Assembly: GCA_965219095.1 (NCBI GenBank)
Contig: CBDCMT010000001.1
Location: 1,248,001-1,312,000, forward strand
From: Bdellovibrionales bacterium
Lineage (GTDB): Bacteria; Bdellovibrionota; Bdellovibrionia; Bdellovibrionales; UBA1609
Length of the DNA stretch: 64,000 bases
Reading direction: 5' to 3'
A program made the translations under genes and the position numbers. Under the pieces are notes generated by a model. The model did no database searches. It was given only the letters and a program-made list of their open reading frames with translations, and was not told where the DNA came from. This document shows positions 11,155 to 21,857 of this stretch, piece after piece; within the stretch, counting starts at the first letter, position 1; each line of letters begins with the position of its first letter.

Positions 11155-12480
11155 ATGAGTAAAAAACCCCCTATTGATTCTTTAAGCTGTCATTTTTGCA
11201 ATAAAAAGCAAAAAGAAGTTAAGAAACTTATAGCAGGTCCTGGTGTTTATATTTGTGATGAATGTATTGAGCTTTGTAACCAGATCATTTCTGAAGAAAG
11301 AGAAAGAGATAAAGCTCTTGAAGGGGGTTTGAATTTTACTTTTGATATTCCCGTACCTCAAGAGATAAAAAAACAGCTTGATAGCTATGTTATAGGCCAA
11401 GAAGAAGCTAAAAAAGCTTTATCTGTAGCTGTTTATAACCATTACAAAAGAATTTCTTCAAATGCTAAAGGATCTCAAAAAAACAACGTAGAGATTACAA
11501 AAAGCAACATTTTGTTAGTCGGTCCTACAGGCAGTGGCAAAACTTTATTAGCCCAAACTATTGCTAGAATTTTAAATGTACCTTTTGCTATGGCGGATGC
11601 CACAACTCTAACTGAAGCAGGTTATGTGGGAGAGGATGTTGAAAACGTCATATTGTCTCTTCTGCAGTCTGCCGATTATGACGTGGAAAAAACGAAAAGA
11701 GGTGTTATTTATGTTGATGAAATTGACAAAGTTACTCGTAAATCAGAAAACCCTTCCATTACAAGAGACGTAAGCGGAGAAGGTGTACAACAAGCTCTTC
11801 TTAAAATTCTAGAAGGAACTGTGGCTAATTTGCCACCTAAAGGAGGAAGAAAACATCCTCAGCAGGATTTTATTAAAGTCGACACCACGGAAATTTTGTT
11901 CATTGTAGGAGGAGCTTTTGTAGGGCTTGATAAAATTATAGAAAATCGTCTTTCTAATCGTGCTCTAGGAATTACTGCTCAAATTCATACATCAGAAGAA
12001 AAAAGAGAATTTCATTTCAATCCTATAAAAAACGTAGAACCTGATGACTTTGCAAAGTATGGATTGATTCCTGAGTTTATAGGAAGGCTTCCTGTGTGTG
12101 CTATTTTAGACAACTTAGATGAAGCCCATCTTTTAGATATTTTAATCAAACCTAAAAACGCTATTACAAAACAATACATTAGCCTTTTTAAATACGAAAA
12201 TATTGATTTAAAGTTTACCAATAAAGCTCTTAAAGCAGTTGCTAAGAAATCTCTTGAAAGAAATACAGGAGCTAGAGGCTTAAGAAGTGTTCTAGAATCA
12301 GCTATGTTAGAACTTATGTACGATATTCCTTCTCAAAAAAATGTTAAAGGAGTTATTGTAGATGAGGGTGTTATTTTAGAAGATAAAGATCCTAAAATTA
12401 TTTTTGAAAAACTTTCAGATAAAAAGCCTCAAAAAAACTCTTCTTCAAGCCGAAACAATTCCTCACAAGAAAGTGCTTAA
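11155..12480 (+). CDS. clpX: Clp protease ATP-binding subunit
   Basis: C4 zinc finger, [22 protein letters not shown]. Confidence 0.97.
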   Translation: MSKKPPIDSLSCHFCNKKQKEVKKLIAGPGVYICDECIELCNQIISEERERDKALEGGLNFTFDIPVPQEIKKQLDSYVIGQEEAKKALSVAVYNHYKRISSNAKGSQKNNVEITKSNILLVGPTGSGKTLLAQTIARILNVPFAMADATTLTEAGYVGEDVENVILSLLQSADYDVEKTKRGVIYVDEIDKVTRKSENPSITRDVSGEGVQQALLKILEGTVANLPPKGGRKHPQQDFIKVDTTEILFIVGGAFVGLDKIIENRLSNRALGITAQIHTSEEKREFHFNPIKNVEPDDFAKYGLIPEFIGRLPVCAILDNLDEAHLLDILIKPKNAITKQYISLFKYENIDLKFTNKALKAVAKKSLERNTGARGLRSVLESAMLELMYDIPSQKNVKGVIVDEGVILEDKDPKIIFEKLSDKKPQKNSSSSRNNSSQESA

Positions 12481-12707
12481 AAACAAAGATGAAAAACATT
12501 CTAAGGGCCAGAGCTTGTGTATTTATTTTTTTATAGACATCTTTTAAGATTTATTAAGTTTTCTTTAAAAGAGTTTCAATACTTACACAGACTCTGATGG
12601 GTTTTGTTGTGCTGAAAACAAGCCTAAAGTCAATTAACAGAAAGTTTCTTTTTTCTACGATTTCTTTGTGATAAAATAGATTCACTACAGGAGGGTAAGT
12701 AGATAAT

Positions 12708-15170
12708 ATGAGTAAGAAAAAACCAGATGTCATACAAGCTCCTTTGCTTCCTTTAAGAGATTTGATCATCTTTCCTAAGATGATGATGTTTTTTTTCGTA
12801 GGTCGAGAAAAAAGTATCAATGCTCTCGAGGAAGCTATGTCTAAAAAGACCAATATTATCTTATCAGCTCAAAAGGATGCTGCTCTCAGTGACCCTACAG
12901 AAGATCAGATTTATAGTATAGGAACTCTTGTGTCCATACTTCAAATGTTACGTCTTCCTGATGGCACTGTTAAAGTTCTTATCGAAGGAAAGCATAGAGT
13001 GAAGATTGACAAGTTTATAAAAAACGAAAATTTTCTTCTTATTGAAGCAAAAGAACTTATAGCCCCTGAAGAAGACTCTGTTGAGCTTAGTGCACTTATG
13101 AGATCTTTAAAAACAAGCTTCGAAGATTATGTGAAACTTAACAAAAGTATTTCTCCTGAGGCTCTTATGAAAGCTTCAAGTGTAGAGGATCCTTCCACCT
13201 TATCTGATATCATTGCTGCTAATATAAATCTTAAATTAGAAGACAAACAAAAGTTGCTTGAAACGATAAAAGTTGGAAAAAGGCTTGAAACTATTTTAGA
13301 GATCGTTACAGGTGAAATCGAGATCTTAGAAGTTGAGAAAAAAATTCGTGGCCGTGTGAAAAAACAAATGGAAAAATCTCAAAAAGAATATTACTTAAAC
13401 GAACAAATGCAAGCCATTCAAAAAGAATTAGGAGAAAAGGATGCTTATGCCACTGAACTTTTAGAGCTTGAGAAACAGGTTAAAAATAAAAAGATGCCTA
13501 AAGAGGCGAAAGATAAAGCTCTTAAAGAAATCAAGAAGCTTAAAATGATGTCTTCTGCAAGTGCGGAAGCAACTGTTGTGAGAAACTATGTGGATTGGAT
13601 TTTTGGACTTCCTTGGCAAAATTATAAGCCTCTTAAAACAGATTTAAATTACGCTCAGAAAATTTTAGATGAAGATCATTGGGGCTTAGAAAAAATTAAA
13701 GAAAGAATTATAGAGAACTTAGCTGTTCAAACTCTTGCAAAAAAGAATACAGGTCCTATTTTATGTCTTGTAGGTCCTCCCGGGGTTGGTAAAACCTCCT
13801 TAGCCCGTTCTGTAGCACGAGCCTTAGGACGGGATTTTGCACGTATCTCTTTAGGAGGGGTCAGAGATGAAGCTGAAATACGAGGTCATAGAAAAACCTA
13901 TGTAGGAGCTATGCCGGGAAAAATACTTCAATCTATGAGAAAGGTGAGTTCTGGAAACCCTCTAATTTTGTTAGATGAAGTTGATAAAATGAGTTCTGAT
14001 TTTCGAGGTGATCCTTCTTCAGCTCTCTTAGAGGTTTTGGATTCAGAACAAAATAACTCGTTTCAAGATCATTATTTAGAGCTAGAATACGATTTATCGA
14101 AAGTGATGTTTGTGACCACAGCTAACTCACTTCATAACATTTTAAAACCTCTTCTGGATCGTATGGAGGTGATTTTTCTTAATAGCTATATCGAACAAGA
14201 AAAGTACCATATCAGCACAAAGTATCTTATTCCTAAGCAAATCAAAGAGCATGGCTTGCAAGAATTTGGACTTCAATTTACAGACAATGGTATTTACGAA
14301 GTGATACGTCACTATACAAAAGAAGCCGGTGTTAGAAGCCTTGAAAGAAAAATAGCTACTCTTTGTAGAAAAGTAGCTAAAAAGATCATTTTAGAAAAAC
14401 AAAACCTCATAAAACAAGATTCTAAAGATTCTACAAAAAAATCAAAAACTTCTGGTATTGTTTTAAATGCAAAAAAAGTAAGACAAATGCTGGGTAAAGA
14501 AAGAGCTATTTTCAGTAAAATTGAAGAAAAAGATGAAATAGGGGCAACCCATGGACTGGCTTTCACAGAGGTGGGAGGAGATCTTCTTTTAATTGAAGCT
14601 ACTGTGGTCCCGGGAAAAGGAAAATTTGTGATCACAGGTCAGTTGGGGAATGTCATGAAAGAGTCATGCTCTGCAGCACTTAGTTATGTTCGATCAAGAG
14701 GTCCTGTTTTTGGACTTGCTAGCGATATTTTCACTGAAAATGATGTACATATTCACGTTCCAGAGGGAGGAGTGCCTAAAGAAGGCCCTTCGGCGGGTAT
14801 TGCTATTACCACAAGTATTGTTTCAGCGTTCTTAAAAATTCCTGTCAGAAGAACTGTGGCTATGACAGGAGAAGTAACTTTGAGAGGCAAGATTTTGCCT
14901 ATTGGAGGGCTTAAGGAAAAAATCTTAGCAGGTCATCGTGCAGGTATTAAAACAATCTTTATCCCACAAGAAAACAAAAAAGACCTTATAGATATACCCA
15001 AGACTATTCTTAAAAGCTTAGATGTTATTCCTGTAGAATATGTGGATCAAGTTTTAACACAAGCCTTAAATGTTAAATCCTCTAAAGAGATTTTTAAGAT
15101 AACATCTTTAAAGGTGCGTAACTTGAAAGCTAAAAACAACTCTGATAATAAAACTCCACCCCTTTGCTAA
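12708..15170 (+). CDS. lon: Lon protease
   Basis: LPLRD N-domain, GPPGVGKT, PKEGPSAG catalytic Ser region. Confidence 0.97.
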   Translation: MSKKKPDVIQAPLLPLRDLIIFPKMMMFFFVGREKSINALEEAMSKKTNIILSAQKDAALSDPTEDQIYSIGTLVSILQMLRLPDGTVKVLIEGKHRVKIDKFIKNENFLLIEAKELIAPEEDSVELSALMRSLKTSFEDYVKLNKSISPEALMKASSVEDPSTLSDIIAANINLKLEDKQKLLETIKVGKRLETILEIVTGEIEILEVEKKIRGRVKKQMEKSQKEYYLNEQMQAIQKELGEKDAYATELLELEKQVKNKKMPKEAKDKALKEIKKLKMMSSASAEATVVRNYVDWIFGLPWQNYKPLKTDLNYAQKILDEDHWGLEKIKERIIENLAVQTLAKKNTGPILCLVGPPGVGKTSLARSVARALGRDFARISLGGVRDEAEIRGHRKTYVGAMPGKILQSMRKVSSGNPLILLDEVDKMSSDFRGDPSSALLEVLDSEQNNSFQDHYLELEYDLSKVMFVTTANSLHNILKPLLDRMEVIFLNSYIEQEKYHISTKYLIPKQIKEHGLQEFGLQFTDNGIYEVIRHYTKEAGVRSLERKIATLCRKVAKKIILEKQNLIKQDSKDSTKKSKTSGIVLNAKKVRQMLGKERAIFSKIEEKDEIGATHGLAFTEVGGDLLLIEATVVPGKGKFVITGQLGNVMKESCSAALSYVRSRGPVFGLASDIFTENDVHIHVPEGGVPKEGPSAGIAITTSIVSAFLKIPVRRTVAMTGEVTLRGKILPIGGLKEKILAGHRAGIKTIFIPQENKKDLIDIPKTILKSLDVIPVEYVDQVLTQALNVKSSKEIFKITSLKVRNLKAKNNSDNKTPPLC

Positions 15171-15346
15171 TTCCATAAAAAAATTTCTTTTTCTAAAACT
15201 TAATGAGAATAAAAGCAGTTTTTTTCTTAAGAAAATGAAATTTTTACATTTCAAAAAGACATAAAAGGTATGAGAAATAAAAAAAAAGTAAATGCTGAGC
15301 GTCAATCACTCTAAATTTTTAAGAAAATGTGTAAAAATTAAAACTA

Positions 15347-16510
15347 ATGAGAGAGGATGTAGGAAATCACTTTATTGATAAGTCTTTTCAACAAGACATG
15401 GTAAGCTCTCATGCTTATCATAATAATTCTTTAGAGGACATTCAACTTAAGTTCCAGCTAGGTCGTTTAAAAGAGGCCGGAAGACAATTAAACACTTTTC
15501 TTTTTAACAAAGATAGACAAAATCGTATTCTTCCCTATTTTGATGCTTTTAATATTCTTATCCTTGTTTATAAAGAAATGGGTGATCAGGAGGCCTTTTA
15601 TAACCTTCAAAGCTTTTTTAAACAGGAGTGCGAAGTGTTACCAGAAATAGAAAAAACCTTTGAATTTAATTTTTATGTAGGTTCTTGTAATTACTATATA
15701 AGAGATTATCAAAAAGCTCTTTATTTTTTTCAAGAAGCTTTGAACATAGCTTTAGAGAGAAATAACAGAAACCACTTATGTCGCTTATCTTTTTGTTTAG
15801 CTCAAACTTACAAAGCTTTAAAACAAAACGAAAAAGCTCTTGAAGAACTGAATAATTTGTCTGTATTCTTCCAAGTTATGCCACTTTTTGATCTTGAAAT
15901 GCAGGGGATCATTTTAAAATCAAATATCTTCAAGCATCAGCAAAACTTTTCATTGGCTTTAAACACTCTTCTATGTGCTTTTGATAAATTAAGAAAAGAA
16001 AAAAATTATTATTTTTTAGCTCACTTTTTATTTGAACTAGGGCTTACTCATAAAGGCATTGGAGAAACAAAGAAAGCTCTTTCTTATTTCCATTCCTTAA
16101 ATTACATTATAGATGAGGAAAATTTCCCTTACCTCTTCAAAAAAACCAAAGATAATCTTAACCTTCTCAGCCCTTATGAGCAAAAAGAAGGTTATGACAT
16201 TATTTTAAATATCTCTCACCATAAAATTACAGAAAAAATAAAAGGAGAGATTGACTTTAAAAACCAATATATGTTGTTTAATGTTTTAAAACTTTTCATC
16301 CTAAATCCTAACAAGGTATTTTCCAAAAAAGAGTTAACGGAAAAAATTTGGAAAGAGGAATATAACTCAAAGTCTCATGACAATAAAATTTATGTGACTA
16401 TCAAACGTTTAAGAGAGATTTTAGAAACTAAAGATACTTGCTCCCGTTATATTTTCCGCTCAAAAGGCGGGTATCATTTAAACTTAGATTTAAAAATCCT
16501 TGTTCAATAA
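15347..16510 (+). CDS. TPR-repeat protein with C-terminal OmpR-type winged-helix DNA-binding domain
   Basis: TPR-like helices (YQKALYFFQEALNIA, LAQTYKAL, LGLTH..A). C-terminal NPNKVFSKKELTEKIW...IYVTIKRLR...GY. Confidence 0.8.
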   Translation: MREDVGNHFIDKSFQQDMVSSHAYHNNSLEDIQLKFQLGRLKEAGRQLNTFLFNKDRQNRILPYFDAFNILILVYKEMGDQEAFYNLQSFFKQECEVLPEIEKTFEFNFYVGSCNYYIRDYQKALYFFQEALNIALERNNRNHLCRLSFCLAQTYKALKQNEKALEELNNLSVFFQVMPLFDLEMQGIILKSNIFKHQQNFSLALNTLLCAFDKLRKEKNYYFLAHFLFELGLTHKGIGETKKALSYFHSLNYIIDEENFPYLFKKTKDNLNLLSPYEQKEGYDIILNISHHKITEKIKGEIDFKNQYMLFNVLKLFILNPNKVFSKKELTEKIWKEEYNSKSHDNKIYVTIKRLREILETKDTCSRYIFRSKGGYHLNLDLKILVQ

Positions 16511-16692
16511 TCCATAATTTTTCTATTTTTCTAAGCGTCTTACCTGTGAGTTTCCAGGAGGATGTCCCATTTCTCGGTGGAATTCTGTTCAAAAATGGAG
16601 CAGATAAGAGGACTCCCTGGTGGATTTTTAAGTCCACCTAGGATTTAATAAATATTTAGAATGAATTAAAAATTAAACAAAAGGAGTCCAAA

Positions 16693-16776
16693 ATGAAGAA
16701 TACAAAAGAAAAAATATCAATTCAAGAACTATCGGATCACAAGGAGATTCAAGGTAACTGTTCAGAAAAATTCTAG
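16693..16776 (+). pseudogene. Short ORF MKNTKEKISIQELSDHKEIQG..., interrupted by IS66 at 16754
   Basis: Strong RBS AAGGAG at 16681; the ORF runs into the IS66 terminus. Confidence 0.45.
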
Positions 16777-16823
16777 TAAATTGTTGAAATTTCACTAAAA
16801 GCTCCTATGCCTATAATGTTATA

Positions 16824-16893
16824 TAGTGAATACGCTTAGATTTTCCGGTCGATTCTTTAGAGAAAAAACATGAAAACCTAAACGGAAGCACTA
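16824..16893 (+). mobile_element. 70-bp miniature IS630-B derivative with TA duplication
   Basis: TAGTG...TGAAAACCTAAACGGAAGCACTA, flanked by TA. Absent at the homologous site in the 39-kb IS66 copy. Confidence 0.85.
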
Positions 16894-16895
16894 TA

Positions 16896-17041
16896 TGATG
16901 TTTTTCGTTTAGATTTTCAGATTTTTTGAGTTAGGGTCTAGTTTTTATTCAAAAGTATTGATAAATCGTCATTTGTTTTAAAAAATAGTTTCATATGATA
17001 ATTCTTCCTTTAGATTCTAAAAACTTAAACGGAAAGGACTA
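16896..17041 (+). mobile_element. ~145-bp degenerate IS630-B-like cassette inside the IS66 leader
   Basis: Similar to the IS630-B left end up to TTTCATATG, then a degenerate right end. Sister copy at 38973..39117. Confidence 0.7.
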
Positions 17042-17078
17042 TATAGTGCTTAAGAAAGCACAAAAAGAAATAAAATGT

Positions 17079-17225
17079 TTAGAAAAAGATTACAAGCATT
17101 TAGAAGAAGAGCATGAGCATTTAGAAGAAGATTACAAGCATTTAGAAGAAGAGCGTGAGCGTTTAGAAGAAGAGAACAAGCGTTTAAAAAAAGATAATGA
17201 ACATTTTAAAAAAGAAAATAAGAAA
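17079..17225 (+). repeat. Seven degenerate 21-bp tandem repeats encoding coiled-coil heptads
   Basis: TTAGAAGAAGATTACAAGCAT-like units: LEKDYKH LEEEHEH LEEDYKH LEEERER LEEENKR LKKDNEH FKKENKK. Confidence 0.85.
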
Positions 17226-18434
17226 CTAAAAGAGGAGCTTCAATCAATACGCAAGCCTCCTAAGTGGGCTAAAAAGAACAAGAATAAAAATCCAGATGGA
17301 AGCCTTAAAAAAGGAAAAAAGAAGGGTCCTAAAAAGGGTCATAAAGTTCATCGAAGAAAAAGGCCTGAGGAAGCGGATTAGGAGACCACTTGGACTCCAC
17401 TGGTTTGTAGTAAATGTGACTCTGATCTTCCTCCCTCTCATAAGTGGCATGTTCACTATCAGGTGGATTTACACCTGTAAGTCAAGTCATCACCACGAAA
17501 CACATTTTAGGCTGGAGTTGGTGCAGTTGTTGTAACAAGGAGGTTTCTGTCAGTGATAAGTTGGGAGCGAGTCTTTATGGTCCTAAGTTTCATGCTCAAG
17601 TGTGTTATTGGAAATATGAGTTGGGTTTAAGTTTTGGTAAAATAACAAATCTTTTGTCTGATCAATATGGTATGGAAATCAGTCGTGGTGTTTTGTCAGA
17701 GATTATAAGTCGTACGGCAAGGAAGTTTGAGGGGGCTTACGAGGATATCAAGTCCGTGTTATCGGAGCAGGGGCATTTGCATGCTGATGAGACAGGATGG
17801 AGAGTGAATGGGAACAGTCATTGGCTCTGGAGTTTTTCAAATGATGATGTGTCATTTTATAAGATTGATCAAACTCGTTCGCAAGATGTAGTTAAAAATG
17901 TTCTTGGAGAAGTTTTTCGTGGAGTTTTAGTTTCAGATTTTTATGCTGCCTATAACAAGATTGACTGTCAAAAGCAAAAATGTTGGCCCCATCTTTTAAG
18001 GGAGCTTCATGGGCTAAAAGAAAAACATCCTAAAAGCAAAGAAATTGCTCAGTTTTCTAAGAGAGCCAAACTTTTTTTCAAGAGGGGAAAAAGGTTGCAA
18101 AATGAATATGAGAGTAAAGAAAATATCGATCGAAAATACAAACTGCTTATGTGTGATACAGAAAAATGGGTATCAAAAAAATACAGAAGCCATGACTTAC
18201 AAAGACTTTGTAAACGTTTGGTCAAATATCGAGATGAAATTTATACTTTCATTAAGTCTGGAGTAGACCCCACTAACAATTATGGAGAGAGGGAAATTAG
18301 GCCTGCTGTACTTATGAGAAAAATCTCTTATTGCAATCGCTCAGAACAGGGAGCACATAACCAAGAGGTTATGATGAGTGTCGCTCGAACGGCCAAAAAA
18401 CAGAATCTATCCTTCGTTGACATGGCTACTGAAT

Positions 18435-20046
18435 TGTAATAGTCGCGACTTAATCTGACACGTCTCGAAATGTCAAAGAGATGAAAAGAGGTTACCCTTT
18501 TAAATAAACAATACCACCCCAAAGGGTGGAGAAAGGATAACAAAAATGACATATCAAGAAAGAATTATAAAATCAAAAGTAGGTCTTTTGCAATTAGCAG
18601 AAGAGTTAGGCAATGTATCTCAAGCTTGTAAGGTGATGGGCTTTTCAAGAGATACATTTTATCGTTACAAGACACTCAAAGAGGAAGGAGGTTTAGAATC
18701 ATTAAGAGAGCAAAGTCGTAGAAAGCCTAATTTAAAAAACAGTGATCTTCCCCCAAAAAAGTGGACAGTTTTTATGTTCTTAAAGCCCTCCTTTGTTTAA
18801 ATTCTTTTGGGCTCATGTATTTCAAGGAAGAATGCATTCTTACCTTGTTATACCAATCCATGTAAATTGCAATTTTTTTCTCCAACTCTTCTTTCGTTGT
18901 ACAGTCTTTGTATTCCAGTTCATCCTTCAACGTATGGAAAAAGCTCTCCACAAACGCATTATCATAACAATTTCCTTTCCTAGACATAGATTGCTTGAGG
19001 CCAAAGAATTTCAATTCTTTTCTAAACCCTTCACAACAATATTGAACCCCTTGATCCGAGTGGATTATCAAGCCCTCTAAGTTCCCAGAAACAGATTGGA
19101 CTGCGGCTCTCAGAGCCTGTTTTGAATGAACCCCGTCCAAGCTCTCACAGAGCTTCCAAGACTTAATCTCTCGATTATAGACATCTAAAAATACAACCAA
19201 ATACAGAAATTTATCTCTAAAAGGAATATAGGTTAAATCCGAACACCATACCTGGTTTTCTTTTCCTGCTTGGCTCTGTCCTGTCTTAAACAACCGAGGA
19301 GACTTAATCATGAGAGGGTTATTCTTTGTTGTTCTAGGAACATAGGGTTTTTTCTGACGGGCACTGAGATTCTTTAGTTTCATAATTCGAGCTACTTTGT
19401 TTTCTCCAGCACTCACTCCGCAACGCTTTAATTCCCTATACACCCTGGGGGAACCATAACAGCCTTTATTTTTTTTAAAAATAGATTCTATGTTTTTCTC
19501 CAGATTTTTATCCTTTTCAAGCTTTCCCCTGGTTTTTAAAAAACTATAAAAACCAGAACGAGATCCTCTTAATAATTCGCAAATGCGAAGCACTGGATGC
19601 CCTTTCTCTTTTACATAAAACATAGCCTTAAATCTCATTTCAGGATTTCCTTTGAAAAAAAAGCCGCTGCCTCTTTCAATATACCTACACTCCGCCTCTC
19701 ATAGACCAGCTCCTTTTTTAACCTCTTTATTTCCTCCAATGCCGAAGCCAAGTCATGGGAAGCTTGTCTTTCTACTTCAGGCTTTAGAAAACGCTTCCAA
19801 GAGCTTATCACTTGGAAATTTCTCAGTCCTAGCTTCTCTGAGGCTTCCTTTGCACCTATTTCCTCTGCCAATTCAATGGCTTGCTTTTTAAACTCTTCCG
19901 AGTACTGTTTTACTTTTTCCATTCTTTCTTTTACCTCCATTTTATGGAGACTTTAAGAGAAAATTGACTGTCCGCAGAAACAGGGGAAGATCAGTTTTTT
20001 ATCAACCCAGAAAGGGTAACTGTCAGATCATATAACGTCTATTACA
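18435..20046 (+). mobile_element. IS481-family element, internally deleted and carrying IS3
   Basis: TGTAATAG..CTGACA / TGTCAG..CTATTACA ends. ACTGAAT duplicated at 18428 and 20047. N-terminus LAEELGNVSQACKVMGFSRDTFYRYK. Confidence 0.9.
18743..19993 (-). mobile_element. IS3-family element, intact (orfA 19635..19940, orfB 18772..19638)
   Basis: TGATCTTCCCC inverted repeats, 1251 bp. HTH orfA and DDE orfB overlap, with a T8 run near the junction. Confidence 0.95.
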
Positions 20047-20097
20047 ACTGAATACCTCTCTAAACATTAAAATTACTAGAATTTAAGTGAACAGTTA

Positions 20098-21509
20098 TAC
20101 CAATTACAGAAATTAATTCGACATTTTCATGTTCAAATTTAAAATTTTAAAATTGACTTAAGGAAAAGCTTCAGTTAGGAGATTTTAAAAAAACTTCTTT
20201 TGAGGGGAGGTGAGTTTTCATAAGATATGTTTATTTCAGGTATATCTATTTGTTGTGTGAATCGATTGATGGGTTAAAATAAGTGAAAAAGTGAGGGTAA
20301 AATTTAAAATGACAAAAATCAGTTAAACAATTTAATTTATAGGTTCAAATTAATTTACAAGCTTGATTCATCTTGTTGTTTTGCCCAAGATCGAGTGCAT
20401 AATTTTTTAATCCTGCCCTCCTGATCGCAAAAAGTATTCCAGGCCTCACAACAAGTATTCAGTATATGGTCATAGTTTTTAAAACATGCATTCGATAATT
20501 TGATCCTTCGTAATTGTTGCCAGACTTGTTCCATGGGATTTAATTCTGGACTATAAGGAGGTAAAGGCATCAGGGATAAATTCTTAGGAACTATCAAAGT
20601 CTCTGTGGTATGCCAACTGGCTCTGTCCATTAAAACAATTCCATGATAGTTTTCTTGAATATTTTTAGATATCTCATCTAAGTGAATTTGCATCATCCCT
20701 GAATTACATTCCGGTAAGATCCAAGCACAGCCTTTATCTCTATCCGGACAAACTGCTCCAAAAATATAAGTGGATAAAAATTGTCTTTGTCTCACAACTC
20801 TAGGCCGTGTGCCTTTTCTTGCCCAAATCCTACTCAAAGAACCTTGCTGAGCTTATTCTGCATTCATCCTGCCACCAAATCTCTATTTTATGAGTCTGAA
20901 TCTTTTCCTTTATTTTCTCCACCTCTTCTGGAAAATGTTCCTTAAACTGTTCCATAGCTTCTTGTGAAGTTTTAGGATGAAGAGAACGACCACTGATCCA
21001 TACAATATTAAGACGGTCTAAAGAAACATAAACCCCAGAAAGAGAATAGCAACAGTCAAATTCATCTGCTAAAAGTTCCTGTATTCCCTTTGCTCCTATG
21101 CTGCCTCCTTCTCTTTTGTCTTGAATTTCATCTAACTTGATTTTGAACCTCTCTTCTTCTGTCACTGGCAAACGAGGCTTGCGTCCTCTGCCTTCTCGAT
21201 CTATCAATCCCTCGTAATCAAAGTCTACAAAAAAAGACTGTAACCAAGATTTGATACTGTGACGATGATAGAAAACCATATTTAGCTGTTTCTTGAATCG
21301 ATTTTCCTTCTTGCATATGCTGCAAAGCCAATAATTTTGTCTTGATGTTGGCACTTCTTTCTACTTTGTAAGTAGCCAGAAAATTATACCCTTGAATCTG
21401 TGTAACTAAATCTTTTTTCGACATGACTCTAAAAATTTAACAGAGTTTTATCAAAAAGCCAGGACGCAATGCGTTAAAAAAATGTCGAATTAATTTTTGG
21501 AAATGGTAT
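20098..21509 (-). mobile_element. IS630-family element type A, frameshifted (21218..21424, 20830..21354, 20355..20837)
   Basis: Motifs WQDECR, MDRASWH, LPPYSPELNPME. TA-flanked. Copy of 32741..34152. Confidence 0.93.
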
Positions 21510-21773
21510 TAGTATAGTCTTCAAAAGCATCTCTTCCCTCCTTTGGGTTTTTTTAAGGCATCTGGGAAGTAGGTGCTTCTTTTTTAAAATTTTAATGTAA
21601 TACAGCAAATAAAAGAATGTTTTTGAGTTCAATCGCCAAAGGCGATAGAGGCCAGTAAGGGCCTCAAAGAACTCAAAAATACAAGACAGGATATCTTACT
21701 CTTGCTTTGATTAATATGAGCTCTTTTTGGGGATTTCTAGCTACTTTTTACCCACAAATTCCCGGGAGGAGCC
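21510..21773 (-). mobile_element. ISL3 left end and 5' leader, truncated
   Basis: Homologous to 61786..62072. Confidence 0.88.
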
Positions 21774-21835
21774 AAAAATTATTGTTTCTCAAGGTGCTAT
21801 AAATCAGAGAGTCTATCAGCTTAAAAACGACCTTT

Positions 21836-21857
21836 AAACTTGCGACAAACTTGCGAC
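21836..21857. repeat. Tandem 11-bp direct repeat AAACTTGCGAC x2 (possible integrase arm-type sites)
   Basis: Perfect tandem repeat in intergenic DNA. The function is inferred. Confidence 0.5.

Larger units (their letters stand above)
16754..20097 (+). mobile_element. IS66-family element (type C) with frameshifted transposase (16995..17381, 17444..18439) and nested MITEs, IS481 and IS3
   Basis: GTAACTGTTCA ... TGAACAGTTA termini; the last base is lost to an IS630 insertion. Motifs HADETGW, LVSDFY, CWPHLLREL, TNNYGEREIR. Partial second copy at 38444..39187. Confidence 0.9.

Noticed and set aside
9483..14635. Antisense ORFs over pepA, clpP, clpX and lon (and similar ones over suf, the ABC gene, mreB and IS genes)
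   Set aside because: Shadow ORFs opposite well-supported genes, with no motifs.
16528..16560. c-di-GMP-I riboswitch-like GGAAAC...GACGC on the - strand
   Set aside because: It lacks the GAAA tetraloop stem, the GCAAA motif and the second hairpin.
16438..16641. ORF with DVPFLGGILFK resembling a secretin C-terminal motif
   Set aside because: It overlaps the regulator out of frame, has a weak start and no other secretin features. Probably chance.
17079..17225. CRISPR-like array
   Set aside because: The repeats are contiguous with no spacers and encode in-frame heptads. No cas genes are in the window.
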